A stretch of DNA of 64,000 bases, from NCBI GenBank assembly GCA_050273025.1, contig CP158636.1, forward strand, positions 3,348,001 to 3,412,000, given 5' to 3'. This document shows, one piece after another, positions 1 to 14,800 of this stretch. The notes below the pieces were generated by a model, which made no database searches, was not told the DNA's origin, and saw only the letters and a program-made list of their open reading frames with translations. Every line of letters begins with the position of its first letter. Positions within the stretch are counted from its first letter, which is position 1. The stretch is from Cenococcum geophilum (Eukaryota). Made by a program: the position numbers and the translations under genes.

Positions 1-869
1 AAATAGGTAAAGAAAATAGAAGAAGAATAGTGCTGCTTTAGGGCCTAGGCCTATATAAAGGAAAAAGGGAGATACGTAAGAGGCTAGTAAAGATAATAGT
101 AAGAAAGAGAAAGGAGCTAAAGTAGAGCATAAAAGAACGCTAGGAAACTATCTACCGTAATATAATACTAGTTGGACTAACGCTAAAAAGGCGTATAGGA
201 GTTAAAGGTATAGAGGCTAACTAAGGCAAGAGGAACCTAAGCCGTAGTATAGTTAACGCTATAGGGGGTAAATACTCTAGGGCTCCGAGAAGGCCTAATA
301 AAGGCAGAAAATATAATAGTAATACTCTTAAGAATAGGAATAATAGGACTAAAAGACTGGCTCTACTAGGTGGGTATCCTAGTAAGTAGCCTAAGATGCG
401 AATATAGCTAGCTAAGACAGATACTAAAATATATAATACTATTATGCCCCTTATACACTAACTAAAAAGTAATACTCTTAGTAGCTAGCATAGAGAACTA
501 TAATATACTACTCTTAATATAAAAAGGCCTTAAGGTAGTTACCTAGTAGCTTATTAGCTAAAATATACTAAACTAGTTTTAAGTTATAAAGGAAATAGTA
601 ATAAAGGGCAGGGGGGGTAAGTAACGGGCGCCCCCTAATAACTCTATAGTAGTAAAGTAAAGTTTATAATACTAGCGCGTCTATAGGCTTATTATAGTAG
701 CAGTAGTTCCTAAGAAGGTTAAAAAGTAAGGTAGTAAAAGCACTACAGGTAACTTATAGGCGCCTTATAGGCGCCTTATAGGCGAGTCCTAAAAGGTAGG
801 AAGATAGATTATAGGGTTTTCTTAAATAGAGTTTTCTCCCTATATATATATAAGGAGTAGTCCGCGTGG

Positions 870-3800
870 GCCTAATAGGGATCCAAATTAGACGTTAAGC
901 AATGAATTATTATTATTAATAGCTAAATAATTTTTAAGAAGTAATTAATAAATTAATAGTAGAAATTTGCAAATCCTAAAAATCCTTAGATATTTTATAT
1001 ATTACTAGGACTTTTTTAGTTTATAATTATAGCGATTTTCTTAGGGTCTATTTTTAATTCTGTTGCGGGATATAATTAGGCCTAAGTATATAACTTCAGA
1101 TGTATAGAACTTGCATTTCTTAATATCGCATTATAAGCCCGCGTCTTATAGGCGTTTAAGGACTATTTAAATATGCTTCCAATATTTAAAAAGCGAAAAT
1201 AAATAAATAAATATATTAAGGAATTCGCGAAACGTATTGTTAATATATTACTAAAACGTATTAGGACCGTTTTTATACTAAATAGCATTATTAGGTATTT
1301 GAAAAGTCCCTATTATATATAAAAGGCCGTATACTTCTTATCTCCTTCGCGAATACGGATTTAATTAAAGGTAGTAACTACGTTAAGCTTTATAAAGTAT
1401 TATGCTTTTACTAAGTAGTTAAGTATTTCTTAAAGTAGAGGAATTAGATATCTGTTTTAAATTATAAGTATATTTAGGGCTTAATAATTAATATAGAACC
1501 TTAAGCCTCCTTTAAGTTTCTTAATAAATAGTATAAGGAAAGTAAATAGTAATTAATTAGGGCAAATAAATCCTTTCTCTAGGTGTTCTTTAAGGTATTA
1601 TTGCATTACTAGCAGCTCTTTTCGCGATATACTGTATAACGGGCCAAACTTTAGCGTTATACTAGGTTTAAGTTCTATCTTAAAATCGTGCTTATCTTAA
1701 TATAGGGGTAGTTAGTTTATAAATTGTTTCTTAAACGTATTAATTAGATTATAATATTCTTTAGGTATAAAAGGTTAGGGGTTAATATATTGCTTTAGTT
1801 TTAACGCCTTCTTAATATCTTCTAGTATTATAGTAAAGATCTTATAGTCTTGTTTTCTTACTAATAAATAAAAGGGTGCGGCTTATACTATACGAATTTT
1901 AAGGGGCTTTAATATATTATCTTCGCATTCTTTACCGCAATCGGCAGTCGTAACTTTATTATATTAGTTTAAAGTTTATAGTAAGGGCAATTTATATTAT
2001 ATTTAATTTAAATAGTTATATATATATTTATAGGGTAAATAGTATTTTAAGTAATAACTTTAGTAGTAAGTTATATGGAATTTTAGTATTTATTTAACCT
2101 AGCTAATTAAAGGGTTATATTATTTTAGCTATTTATATTTAAGTATTACCTTATAATGCTTTAAGGGTATTATAAATAGGGAAACGTATTTAAGGTATTT
2201 GCCTATCCGCATCTTTATAAAAGTGTAGTGTATTAGTTCGCTATATATTAAAGGCTTGTTATTAAAGCCTTATAGGCCTTAAAGCTTATTAAGTTTCTTT
2301 AAATTTAAGCGTTAAGTTTTCGCGTAGTTTGTATTAATAAAGCCTATACTAGTAGCTCCGCTATTTATAAGGATTTATACTTCCTTCTATTTTCTAAGTA
2401 TTTAAATTTCGCTAAGTATATTAAGGGAGTTATGTTATATATTAGCGCTAGAAGAGCCTAAATACTTATACTCTTCCACTTCTTATCCTAAGGCGTAACC
2501 TAGCCCTAGGACAATTTGTTTCCAAATTAACTAAAGGTAAAACGCTTTATAGTAACCGAGTATAATTTATAAAATAAGTATAATTTGTAAAATAAGTGCA
2601 ACTTAAAGACTAAAAGGAGCTACAGCGGACCTTTTTAAAAGGGTAAGTTCGGCAATTTCTTTAAATATATTCCTTTTTACTATATCTAAAGCATTCTTTA
2701 TTTGCGGCTTATATTCTTTATTTATTAGTTCCTAAGGGTGTATAGAATTAGGTAGTATTAAGGTCTATTAGGTTATATATAGGGCTTTTAGGTCTTAAAG
2801 ACGGGTTGCGCTTTAGGGTATATACCGGTTTTATAGAGTTTTAAATATAAGGTAGAGTTAGCTTTAGGAAATAAGTCTATTTATTATATTAAAGGTCCTT
2901 ATTAATTCGTTAATATATTATAGCAAATTTAGGTAAGTCTTTTAGCAGTTCTCTACCTATTAACTATGCTCTAATTTTATCTAAAATAGCTTAACGGAAA
3001 GCAGTAACTCTAGCGGCTTTATTTTAATCTAGTTTACTAATAAGGCCTAAAAATTCTAAAAAGAAGCTAGTAAAGTCTCGGTTCCATTATTATGGGTTTT
3101 TAAGTTTAGTAACAGCTGTATATTTATAGCTGGCGTTATTATATATTTGTTTTAGTAAAGAAATAAAATTTTTAAAATTAATAAAGGTGCTGTTATAGAA
3201 AAATGGGTCTATAGTTTATATAGCGTCTTTACTTAAATAAGACATTCCATAGCTAATCTTACTAGCTTTAGTAGGGTATTAGTTATAGTTTATTAAAAGT
3301 TTAAGACGGAGCTTAGTTATAAAGGGATATAGGTTATTTTAATTTCTATTAAATATTAAAGGGTTAAGGAGCTTTTTGGATTTTATAATAGGTACTAGGT
3401 TTGTTATAGGTATAGGTTAAGCTGCTATTACTAGTTTAGGGTTTATATTTAATAGGTCGGATTTATATACAGTTATTTTAATTTTATTTATAGGTATTAC
3501 TATTAGGGTCTTTACGTATTACTTTAATTAATTACTAATACTAAGCTTCTAGTATAGTTTATTGCTAGGCTAAGGCATCTATAAAGGACTATTATATTAT
3601 AGTTATTTATTCCCTAACTAGGGCTATAATAGTTAACGTAGCAGATTTAAGTTCGTTTGCTATTTTAAGGGTATTAGTATTAACGTAACGTAATATAAGG
3701 GCGCGGAGAGACTTTAGGAAGATTTAAAGGAATAATATAAATTCTATCTAAATCTAAGGGTATATAGTTCTCGCTAAGAATAAGGCGTTGCGTAAAGAAG

Positions 3801-3950
3801 AGAAGGGAATAACAAGAGAATTATATAATTAAATAGTTAGGGGCTTAGTGGTTAATGCGTGCGTATATACGCACGCGGTCTTTAATAGACTTTAGTAAAA
3901 TTTAATTGATCTGGCAGAATTTGGTTAAAGCGTTAGAATTTATCTGTTAA
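870..3950 (-). mobile_element. RIP-degraded Ty3/Gypsy retrotransposon fragment (gag-PR-RT), 3' truncated
   Basis: Minus-strand reading with RIP reversed: CCHC knuckle (ECFRCGKKGHI..NC) near 2650-2700, aspartic protease LIDSGATG near 2345-2372, RT motifs (REFLD near 1210-1230, KCKF near 1105-1120, MDPKK near 1035-1050). Many in-frame TAA/TAG stops. Boundaries approximate. Confidence 0.85.
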
Positions 3951-5129
3951 GTATTTCATTAAGACATTCCTACTATAACTAGGCTAGTCCTATTACACCT
4001 TAGCTTTAAAAGTATAAGCCCCGCCCTAGCTTTAGGAAGCTTAAAATCCACTTTAACTTAGACTACTACTCTAGGCATTACCTCCCGTAGGGGATAACTA
4101 ATAATAGTAGGGACGCCCTATATAAATACTTAGCACTACTAAGCCTAGTGCCTAGGACTATATATAAAGCCCTAATAGTAAAAGACGTTCCTAATAAAGG
4201 GGAGCCTATATAGCTATAAAGTAATAAGATAATAGAAGACTAGACTACCCTAATACTTAAGATTAAAATAACGGGCTAGTTAGCCCTACTAAGACTAAGG
4301 AAGAAGGTCCGCTTTATACTACTATTACTAAAAATCCAACCCTAACCTAGATACTATTTAAACCCCAACCGCCTAGCCTAATACTTAGAACTAAGCTATA
4401 TGCTATATACATATACTATAGCTCGCGTTATAGTAAGGACTGGCTATAAAACTACTAAAACTTATATAATAGAAACCGCGCCACTATAACGCCTAACCTT
4501 TTACTTATCTCCTACACGTACTATATAGGGCCACTACCTTATTTCCACCCCCCTAGGCTAACTAAGCCGTATTAGCCTAGCTATAATACTAAAGAACTAG
4601 ATACGCCCTAACCTAAATAATATTAGATACGCTTATACTATTAATTTTACCTAATTCTATAAATAAAAAGATGTAATAGTAATAAGGATTTATATAACGG
4701 AGCTAATAGAACTAGTTAAATAAGAAGAATACTAATAGCTGCTTAAGGAGCTGCTTATAGGCCTAATAGAAGTACTAAACCTATTAAAAAGGTCTTTCCG
4801 CTGGCTAGTAGAAGGCAACTATATCCCATGCGCTGTTGATAAAGGCGTCCAAATAGACGAGCCAACTAAAGGCTTCAAATCAAAGGAGTCTTGGCAAAAT
4901 TAAGTCGTAATTTTAAACAATCAATAAGGCTCCAAATCAGCATAATAAATCTCAAATTTGCTATATTATCGTCTTAATTGCGATCGGATTAAGGCGAGGT
5001 GTTCCTGCTAGCAAGGTCCTTCTTTACAGAGCGGTATATTGCATTAATTCTACACTCAAGACATTTAATTAATGTTTTAGTATTCATTCACGGGCCACAT
5101 CTATTAGACGCCTCAACAGCGCATGGGAT

Positions 5130-7168
5130 AATAAAGGAAGCCCGTAAAGTGCTACCTCCCTATTTCTATAACTTTCTTAAAATAAATCTAAAAACTAAGC
5201 CCAAGCTTTTACGCTAGAAGATAGCTAATACTAATATTAAAAAATTCCTAAAAGGCAAACCAGGATTAACCCGTAAAGATATTTTATAACGCCTATTAAA
5301 GGAGTTTTATAAACATATTAAGCACTTCCTCCCTAAAAATATAAATAAGCTGCCTCCTTACTAACCATAGGACTATAAAATTAAGATTATCTCTAAAAAC
5401 TAGACCCCGTACTATAAAATAAACTACTCTTACCTACTAAACTTAGGTATGTAAAGAAATGGATTAATAAGATATTAGATAAGGGTTTTATCCACAAATT
5501 AACCTTACTAGCTACTATACTACTCCTTTTTATTACTAAGCCTAGCGGTAGTATATAAATCTACTATAACTATTAAGGCCTAAATACAGTTACTATTAAA
5601 AATTAGTACTTACTACTACTAATTTATAAAACACTTAACGCACTTTATAGTGTTAAGTACTTTACTAAACTTAATATAATTACTATATTTAATCGGATCC
5701 GGATTATAAAGGGCTATAAATAGCTTATAGCATTTATTACCCAATTCGGACTTTATAAGATACTAGTTATACTATTTAGCCTCTATAATGCACCCACTAT
5801 ATTCTAAAACTATATTAATTATATTTTATATAATGCCCTTAATAACTACTATACTGCCTACCTTAATAATATTCTTATCTTATCTAAAACACGTGCTAAG
5901 TATACTAAGTATATAAATAAGGTTATCTAAAGACTCGGTAATGCTAGACTTTAGATTAATATTAATAAGTCTAAGTTCTACTCTACTAAAATAAAATACC
6001 TCGGCTTAATTATCTTAACTAATAGTATAACTATAGACCCTAAAAAGGTATAGGCCTTATAGAAATAGAAGGACCCAATATTAATTAAAGAACTATAATA
6101 ATTTCTTAGCTTTGTGAACTTCTACTAACAATTTATTTAAGGCTACTCTGCCGTTACTATACCTATAATAAAACTCCTAAAGAAGGATATTGGATAGCTA
6201 TAGGGACTAAAATAAGCTAAATTATTTAAGGCCCTTAAGGGAGCTTTTACCTTAGCACTAGTACTAGCATACTATAACTATATAAAGAAAATAGTAGTAG
6301 AGATAGATATATTAAATTAGGCTTTTAGCGGAGTCCTTTCCTGGTATAATAATAACAGTAAATTAAGACTAGTTATATTCTTCTCCATAAAGTACTTTAC
6401 GCTAAAGTATAACTATAAGATCTATAATAAAGAACTCTTAGCTATTATTAAGGCTTTAAAGGGATAGTATCTTAAGCTATAAGGGACTAAGGAGCTGTTT
6501 AAAATTATTACTAACTATAAAAACCTATAGACGTTTATAACTACTAAGCAGCTAAATTAGCGCTAAGTTTAGTAGGTAGAGTTCCTTTTATAGTTTAACT
6601 TTATAATTATATATAGACCTAGTAGCAAAGCTACGCTCCTTAACGCCTTAAGCTAGCTACTAAAAATAAGGCCTAAGGGCGCTAATAATAAATACCTCCG
6701 TTACTAAGCCTAAGTCATTATACCGCCCTAAAAAGTTAACCCTATAATCTTAAAAGAATTACTATATAAGTCCCGTAACTTTAACAACGTAAAATTTATA
6801 ACCGCTTTAAACCCTAAAATAGCCGAAAGGTTACTAGATAAGTTAATCTAGTTAAAATACTAGGAAAATAAACTTGTAAGAGATATAGTAGCGGCCCTAT
6901 ATAATTAAAAAGCTTACTAATAGCTAAAGAAGATTAGGAAATTACTCTGTTAAAATAAGTTAGAATATAGTATTATTAATAAATAGATCTACTTCTACTA
7001 ATATCTCTTTATCCCTAACGCCTTAGACCTCTACCTAAAAGTTATTTATTACTCTTATAGTAGCGGCCCCACTAGTTACCCTAGCTAGGTTAAAACCCTT
7101 AACCTCTTAAACTAAATATACTAGTAGCTAAGAATCTCCTAATTTATAGCTACCTTTATTAAAGACTA
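5130..7168 (+). mobile_element. RIP-degraded Ty3/Gypsy pol fragment (RT-RNase H-start of integrase)
   Basis: Degenerate LPPHRPWDHKI (~5350), KPGGG.RIC.DYRGLN.VTIKNRYPLPLI (~5540-5625), AYLDDIL (~5855), VETDAS (~6297), [12 protein letters not shown] (~6408), integrase Zn-binding H..G.AGHPG (~7055). Cut off by a TIR at 7169. Confidence 0.88.
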
Positions 7169-7354
7169 ACGTGCCTCACCCCCAAGCGAGACACCTCCCC
7201 AAGCGAGACACTCTTAGCTTAACTTACAACTCTAATAACTTTACTAATATTATTATTAAATGAAGTACAAAATATATTTATATAAGCTATTATATTAGTA
7301 AAATTATATTTTCTCTACCCTAATAAAATTAATTTAAAATGGCTGTATATCTTA
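7169..7354 (+). mobile_element. Left end of a Pogo/Fot1-type (Tc1/mariner superfamily) DNA transposon
   Basis: TA then ACGTGCCTCACCCCCAAGCGAGACAC with a tandem CCCCCAAGCGAGACAC repeat, the usual layout of fungal Fot1/Pot TIRs. Matching right TIR not found. The extremely AT-rich tracts 14062-14377 and 23180-23760 may be its remainder. Confidence 0.55.
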
Positions 7355-7356
7355 TA

Positions 7357-7771
7357 ACGTAGTCGGCGGGCTAGTGGCCCACACGGGCTAGTGGCCCACC
7401 TCAAAACTCACCAAATTTATACCTTAATATCTTAACAACCACTTAATAATAAATTCTAATAATTTGGATTTGGACTTTTATATACACTTTACAGCTTCTA
7501 TTAAAGTTGCATAGTAATTAGTTTAGTAGTTTTTAATATATTAAATTTTAGGGGCTAAAATAAGGCTAAATTACTATATCTTAAAAACTACTAAACTATT
7601 TACTATATAACTTTAATAGAAGCTGCAAAGTGTATATAAAAGTCAAAATATAAATTATTAGAAATTATTATTAAGCGGTTGTTAAGATATTAAGGTATGA
7701 ATTATCTAATTTTTGGTTGGGTTTTGAGGTGGGCCACTAGCCCGCGTGGGCCACTAGCCCGCCGACTACGT
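7357..7771. mobile_element. MITE (415 bp), Pogo/Fot1-type ends
   Basis: TA|ACGTAGTCGGCGGGCTAGTGGCCCAC ... GTGGGCCACTAGCCCGCCGACTACGT|TA; inverted arms extend nearly to the centre; no coding capacity. Confidence 0.92.
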
Positions 7772-7806
7772 TATTACATTTTATTTATTTTTAAACTTAA
7801 GGTTAT

Positions 7807-10800
7807 TGTTCGTACTAACTTAATAGCACGAGTGAGTCGTATCCACGGGCACGAAATACATGTAGTATCGTATGCTTGTTTGGATGGTAACTGTCGATTA
7901 TATAAAGCAGACTACGTAGTCTATATACTGATGCGCCTCCCCCCTAATTAGTTAGTGCTTCAGAAGTGCACTAGATACGTAAGCGGGTGGTTGGTGCACC
8001 AAACGCGTAAACGCGTACTTGGCGTACCGAATGCGTAAGCACGCGGTTAGTATAACAGGTACTGTAATTATATACTAGCGGTACTTAGAAAATGAAACCA
8101 CTTATATATAGCCTCCGTAATTGTCTTAATAGAACTATAAAATACATAAGAAAATACATAGGAAATCCCTCCTAAGGTGCCTTTTAGGTTGCCTTCTAAA
8201 TAGTGCTCCAAGCTGGCCGTAAGTCCTGCTTACGGTCCGTAAAATAAACTATACGGCCTTTTAACGGGCCGTGAATGCACCATACGGCCTTCTGACGGGC
8301 TATAGCTGAACCGTAAATGCTCCATTAGTCTCGCTCTACCTATTCTATAACCTTTAGGTTAAGCTTATTCGTGTTAATTAGGGTTTTAAGAGCTTAATAC
8401 AGCTTTGCCTTAGTTATGGCGTTTACTAGGTTGTCTCCGCTACTAATCCATTTAACCTCTATAATCTCACGTCGTTTATAGGCCTAATGTAAGCACATTA
8501 GGTTAACTATGAGCCTCTTCTTTTATATCGTACCTAGTTTAACTAGGTAGTTGTAAAGGGACTTTAAATCGGTGTATAAAACTAGGGGTAACTGCTCTAG
8601 TTATAGAATCTTCTGGACCGTTAATTTAATTACGGCTACTATATTAAATCTATAAGCTAGTGTATATAGTTTAAAAGCTAGTACACTATGGGTTACTCGT
8701 TTGCACTTAATTAAAGACTAGTATAGTATATTTACGTCCTAATTGCGGTCCGTAAGTACAATTATAAAGCCGATTTATAATAATAGGTCTTTGTTATTAG
8801 TAAAAGATGCGTCCGTAAATACTAGTAGGCTAAGGGAATTTAGGTCTAGTGGTATAAAAGTAAGTCCCCTTACTGTATTGTTAATTTGCTACTGGATGCG
8901 CTTATTAAGCTACTTAACATTTTCTTTTTATAGGTCTACTGCCTGGGCCGTAAAGGACAGATTGTAGGTAGATTTAGGTTAACAAACTGTGGCAATATAG
9001 GCGCCTCTTGCACGCTGTGCAGCGTATTGGTCCTTTATATTTACGGTCTTATAGGTCTTTTTATAGGAACTGGTAAGGTCCGTAGGCTTTACTATAACAA
9101 GCTTTAGGTTTTAAGCTTAGCGTTCCTAGGTTAGCTAGATTAAGTTGCCCTTTTGTATAATTAAGCCTTTATTAAACTTAATTGGAGTCTACTTAGTTAA
9201 CTGCTCTCACGGCTTTACTAGGAACTTAGCTTCTTATAGTTTAGTCTCTTTAGCGTCCACAAATGTCCGGTCTGCTAAGAAGAGGGTATTGTTTATTTAG
9301 AGTCTAATAATACTAAGGCTATTTAATGGGCTATATAGGAGGTAGGGGTTATAGGTTAACTGCTCTATTTTAAGTTTACTAATATAGTGCTAGTGGTATG
9401 TTTTAAACTAATAGTTTCTGGCTTCTAATACTCCGTAAAGAGGTTTTATAACCTATAAAATTATTCCTAGTTATAGGTTGAGCTTATAGGGTAGTCGTAT
9501 AAAGATATCCCTACTTAGGTAGGTATTAGACTGCACGTAGGCTTATAAGATATCCCGTAAGTAAAGGGCTACGGATTTAGTTTACTGTAGTCTAGGCGTA
9601 AGTATAAGTATAATCCGTTAACTAACCCATTAAATTATAGGCGATTGCGTAAGGACTAGGTCCTTTTCCTAGTTGTTATAAGCTTATATAACGAGCCTTG
9701 ATTTCTTAAAGGCTTTATTAGTACTAGGGTGTTTAATCTTATTAATAAAGCGTAAGTTAAATATACAGACGCCTTACGGAATATCTCTCTCTGTTATAAT
9801 CGCAAAGATACCCTTTTTAAATAGTCCGTTAATCTCTTTACGCCGTAAGTCCGTAAAAGGGGTTTCCTATACTAGAACTGATATATCTATAGGCGGAGAT
9901 TGCTTTATAGATATGCCTATGGAGGTTAGGTAGTTCTCTATTACGGGATTCTTATAGGGGCGTCCTCGGCCACACTTTACGGTAGGTTTAGTAGGTTTAG
10001 TGGGTTTCTAGGGGACCTCTAGGGTAGGTAAGGGTGCCTTTAGTTTATCTAATTCGGTAGTCGTTTCTAGTTTATCTAGTTTGGTGGTTGCTTCTAGTTT
10101 GTCTGGCTTAACGTTATAGGTATTTTTAGGCTAAAAGTAGGGTTTTACGGACGTGCTTCTAAAGCTAGTTGGCCTGCTAAGAAGCTATATATAGCACGTC
10201 TCGTTTTCTATAGCTAGTAGACGATAAGGTCCATTTTAACTGCCGCTTTTACGCTATACGAGGACTTCAGAGTTAAGCGGGAGGTCGTATACTAGGGTTG
10301 TGTTAGGTCCGTTACGGTGGTGTAGGGCGTTATTAATAGCTTGCTTAGCCCGTAGCTTGACTATTTTAGTTATTACCTTCCGTATTACAGCTGCTTATTC
10401 CGTAATAGATGGGGTAGAGGGGCCTAGGTTGCTTATCCTTGGGTAAGCTCCATAAACTAAGAGGGTGGGTACTAGTCTGTTAGGGCCAGCGGTGTTATTA
10501 ACGGCTTTTACGGCCATCTATAAAGCTAGTTCCTTTTAGATATCCTTATACTCGTCCGTAATAATTTAATAAGCTCTTTATAGAGCTAGGTAAGCTTATT
10601 TAATAAGCCCGATAGATTAATGCGCCTTAACTAGAATAGCTTTTGTTAATATAGCTATAGCCGTAGCATACTGCTAGAATTTCTTGCTGATGAAGTTCCT
10701 ACTAGCGTTATGGGTGATATACTTAGGAGGTCTAACGTATATGTCAATCTAGTAGGTTTGTAAAATATCCTAAGTGTGCTTTGTGGATATATTTTGCAAC

Positions 10801-13800
10801 TAACGGGTAGCTTAGTAGTGGGTTGCCTTATTAATTATATATAATACTGGGCTGCCGTTAATATATATAATGTCTATGTATACTAAGTGGTTGAAGTTAA
10901 GGTCCTTATAAAGGGTGAACTTAAATTGGCCTGGGGAACGTCCGTATTTCTGGCAAAAGGAGCAGTATTTAGTTAGGTAATTAACTGCCTTCCTGTTGAC
11001 GTCGTCGTGTCTAGAGCGTTTAAGGACTCTATATAGCTTTTCGGCTAACGGGTAGCCGAAACAGCGGTGTAGACGGTTGATCTCCGTACTGGTAAGGTAG
11101 TACAGGTTATAGTCGAAAGATTTTTAAATGTAGGTCCGTAAAGTCTCTCCCTATATAAGGAACGGGTGTCTAAATTATTGTATAATTGGTAGGGTAATAT
11201 GCTTGCTTTCTAGGGCAGTTATAAGGCCGATTAAGGTGTCCGTAATATTATTGTAGTAAACCTGTAACCTATTTATGTCTATAAAATAGAGTAGGAAGGG
11301 GGTGTCCGCTTTTACTATATGGAAGTTAACTAGGCTAATTAGAGTCTTAACTTTAACTAATCTAATTAATGCGGTTAAGCTAATACCGAATTGGACGTTT
11401 ACGGCCCTAGTTTACGTAATATCAATATCTATATTATTATTTATGGTGGTCCTATATATGAGGTATTGTCTATAGCCTATGGTAGACTTCTTAGAGGTAC
11501 CTGTGTCGATTATAATACCGTAGAATTCCTTAGGGGTATAGCGTTCTGTAGTGATATATGTAAATAGGTCCTACTTATAATTTATAATATCTATAATAGG
11601 GGTACTTATAGGATGGTTTTTGGGCGCAACTAAGTGTATAAAGGAATGGTTGGCTAATATGGTCGTAATATTAAAGGCTTAGCTGTCCGTAAAAGGTCCA
11701 AAAGTGGTTAGGAATGTCTTTAAGGTCTCTTATTTCTAAGCGTTTAAGTTAAAGTTAATTATAAGGGCTTCTATTAACTTATTAGGGGGCTTTTCTACTT
11801 TCTCTCCTTTGTATTCTAAAATAAACTAGTTAATACAGCTATTAAGTCTCTTCCTAAACTTATTATATTCTTCCCGGGTATGCCTTATAGACTAATATCC
11901 TTTCTTACCGCACATAAAGCACTTCTGGCTGGTTTGTCTGCGGGGGTATATTTTCGTATAGGGGTTGCTGCGGGGGTTATAGGTAGGACTTAGTCGGTAC
12001 GGGTGCTGCTAGCGGTAGCGGCGGTCCGTAAAGTAGACGTCTAAGTCTGTTTACGGATATTAAATATCTGTAATAAAGGCTTAAGTGCTGCCTAGTAGGT
12101 TTAAGACTTTATACGTTGCAATAGAGGAGCGTAGATTATTAATAAGGCCAGCTAAGGTATCTATAGGCTTGTAGTAGGTGTACTTATAGGGCTTTACTTC
12201 CTAGTAGGCCGTAATAAGTTTATTATGCAGGAAGTCGTCCGTTTAAAGCTTGATATTAAGACCGTGCTATAGGTAGTGGAGGTCTTTAATAAGGATTTAC
12301 AGGCACTCTATGGTTGATTTTTTAGTGTTCTTGTCCATTATAGTCCGTAGCTTGGTCGCATTCTATTAGGTAAGGATATTACGCTTATATTTTGGTCCTT
12401 TAAAGTAGTTACGTGTAGCTTTATATAGCTTATTAAAAGGAACACCAAGGGGGTTGCTCTTAAGGTTGGTGTAGTAGTGGTTAAGTGCTAGGCCGCGTAG
12501 TATAGTAGAGTAGGCTTGGCTAAACTCTTATTTAGGAATATTAGCCTTCTAGCAGAGGTCCGTAAAGATGGTCAGTTTAAAGTTAAAGTTATTATTTTCG
12601 CCGCTATACTTAGATTTATTAGTATAGAGCTTAGCTAGGTTAGCTAGCTCCTTACTATAGGTCTTTAGTTGGGTGGGTTGCGGATTTATAACTTGGATAA
12701 TGGCGGGAAGGTTTTGGTCCGTATTTTGGTTTGTAGGGGTATTATAGTCCGTAGTTTGGTTTACGGGGGTATTGTGGTCCGTAACTTAAGTACTAGGTAT
12801 ACTTTAGCCTATAAGATTAATTCCAAAATCGCTTGGGTTTATAGGACGAGTTTAGTTAAGTAGGTTAGGTATAAGGCTAGTGATCCTATTAAGTTTGGAA
12901 GAAGTAAGGAGTTTATTTTTAGCTTTAACCTAGTCTAGAATTTCCTCTTTAGTCTATTCCATTTGGTCCTCCTTATATATTATATTGTATAAAGACTGTG
13001 CAATAGTAACTTATTTGTCCCTTTTAACCTATACACCTTAGTAGCGTAAGAGGGTTTGTAGGTTATGGATGGTAGTAGGGTTGTAGGCCTTAAAAATAGC
13101 TTCTATAAAGTCCGTAAAGTCTTCCTAGTATTACTCCTATAGATCGTTATCTATAAGCTTAAAATATTGGTATTTAAGAACTTTAAATTTAATATAGTTG
13201 TTAACGTCGTTTATAGACGTAAGGTTGACTCCTTGCCTCTACTTTTCTTGCCCTTTATTAACTTGCTTTCTTAGGTCTGCTATACTATATAGTATATTAT
13301 GGTGCGTAGCGGGTGGTAGAGGTCCTATAGTGTTCCGTAAAGGTAGTTAATGTCTATAATGGTTTATAGAAGGGTAAAAGGGTTTTTATAAGGGGTCTAA
13401 AAAGAGGTTAAAGGGTATGGTAGAAATAGGGGTTTAAGGTTTAGAGGTAGAGGGGTTCCGTAAAGGTCTTATAACGGTCCATAAAGGCAATTAATAGGTC
13501 CGTAGTAGTTTATAGAAGGGTAAGGGGTCTTTATAAGGGGTCTGAAAAGAGGTTGGAGGTATTAAAGGAGGGTAGGGAGTTCTGTAAAGGTCTATATTTA
13601 TATTTATAAACTTCTGGTAAACCGTACTAAGACTTAAATAAGTATATAGAGTTAGAGATAAGTCTATAATCCCCAACTTCTAACCTTCTAGTAGGTTATA
13701 CTAGGAGTCTAAACAGGTGGTCGCTGTCGTGTATATCGCTTAGGGGAGGTATTAAGTAATTGCTAATCTGTGCGCGCTCACTAATTAGTATTTATACTAA

Positions 13801-14056
13801 CTTAATAGTATAAGTAAGTTATATCCACGGGTATAAAATATATGTAGTATCGTATACTTGTTTAGATAGTAACTATTAATTGTATAAAGCAGACTACGTA
13901 GTTTATATACTGATGCGCCTCCCCCCTGATTAGTTAGTGCTTTAGAAGTGCACTAGACGCGTAAGTGGGTGGTTAGTGCACTAAACGCGTAAACGCGTAC
14001 TTGGCGTACCGAACGCGTAAGCACGCGGTTGGTACGACAGGTGCTGTAATTATACA
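7807..14056 (-). mobile_element. Full-length Ty1/Copia retrotransposon, RIP-inactivated (6250 bp)
   Basis: 268-bp LTRs at 7807-8074 and 13789-14056; GTTAT TSD at 7802-7806 and 14057-14061. Order gag (KCF.CGKEGCWS)-PR (IIDTG)-IN (LHRCFG.P)-RT (DISQAYVQS, KPLYGV.EA)-RNase H on the minus strand. Confidence 0.95.
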
Positions 14057-14800
14057 GTTATATATTAATATTTTTTTATATTTTATATATTTTTAATATA
14101 TTATAATAGTTTATTAATTTTATATATAATTGCAAAGTATATAAAAATAATTAGTATTATATATATAAATATATTTTTTAAAAAAATATAACAAATCTTT
14201 TTTATATTAATATTTTTTATATTACTTTAATATGTTATTTTTAACGCTTTTTATATTTTTATAATATATATATTAAGTAAAAATAACTAATAAAAATTAA
14301 TTTTATAAAAATTACTAACTTCTAATATAATAAATATAATATATTTTTCTTTTTTATATATTAAAAATTTAAGCTAAGTAATTGTCGGAACGTTAATTAC
14401 GTGACGTAGTTATGAGACTACGAAGCGAGACTAACTGTCTGACTTTGGAGCAACCCCTTTCTTCTAAAAACAATTAACTACTAACTTTAACACCGCATAC
14501 GTACTACTATAAGTGATATTCGTGTACGTTAATAAAGCGAGTATACTAACACTAATTAGTAGACGTATAGATTAGGAAATACGCAATAGCAAAGCTTAAA
14601 ACCACGTATTAGCTTAACTGCTAACGCGTTAAATTGCAGAGCTATCGCCCCATTTTAGTTAAAGGAGAAAACTATGTTACCCTTAAAGCTTAAGACTACG
14701 TATTAGCTTGCTAATGCGTTAATCGCCTAGAGAATCGTATCTTTACTTAAAGAGAGCTACGTTATCCTTAAAGCTCGAAACCACGTATTAGCTTAACTGT

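Noticed and set aside
1..860. RIPped sequence at the window start, and at 3960-5100
   Set aside because: Probably transposon-derived, but no motif could be recovered, so it is left unclassified.
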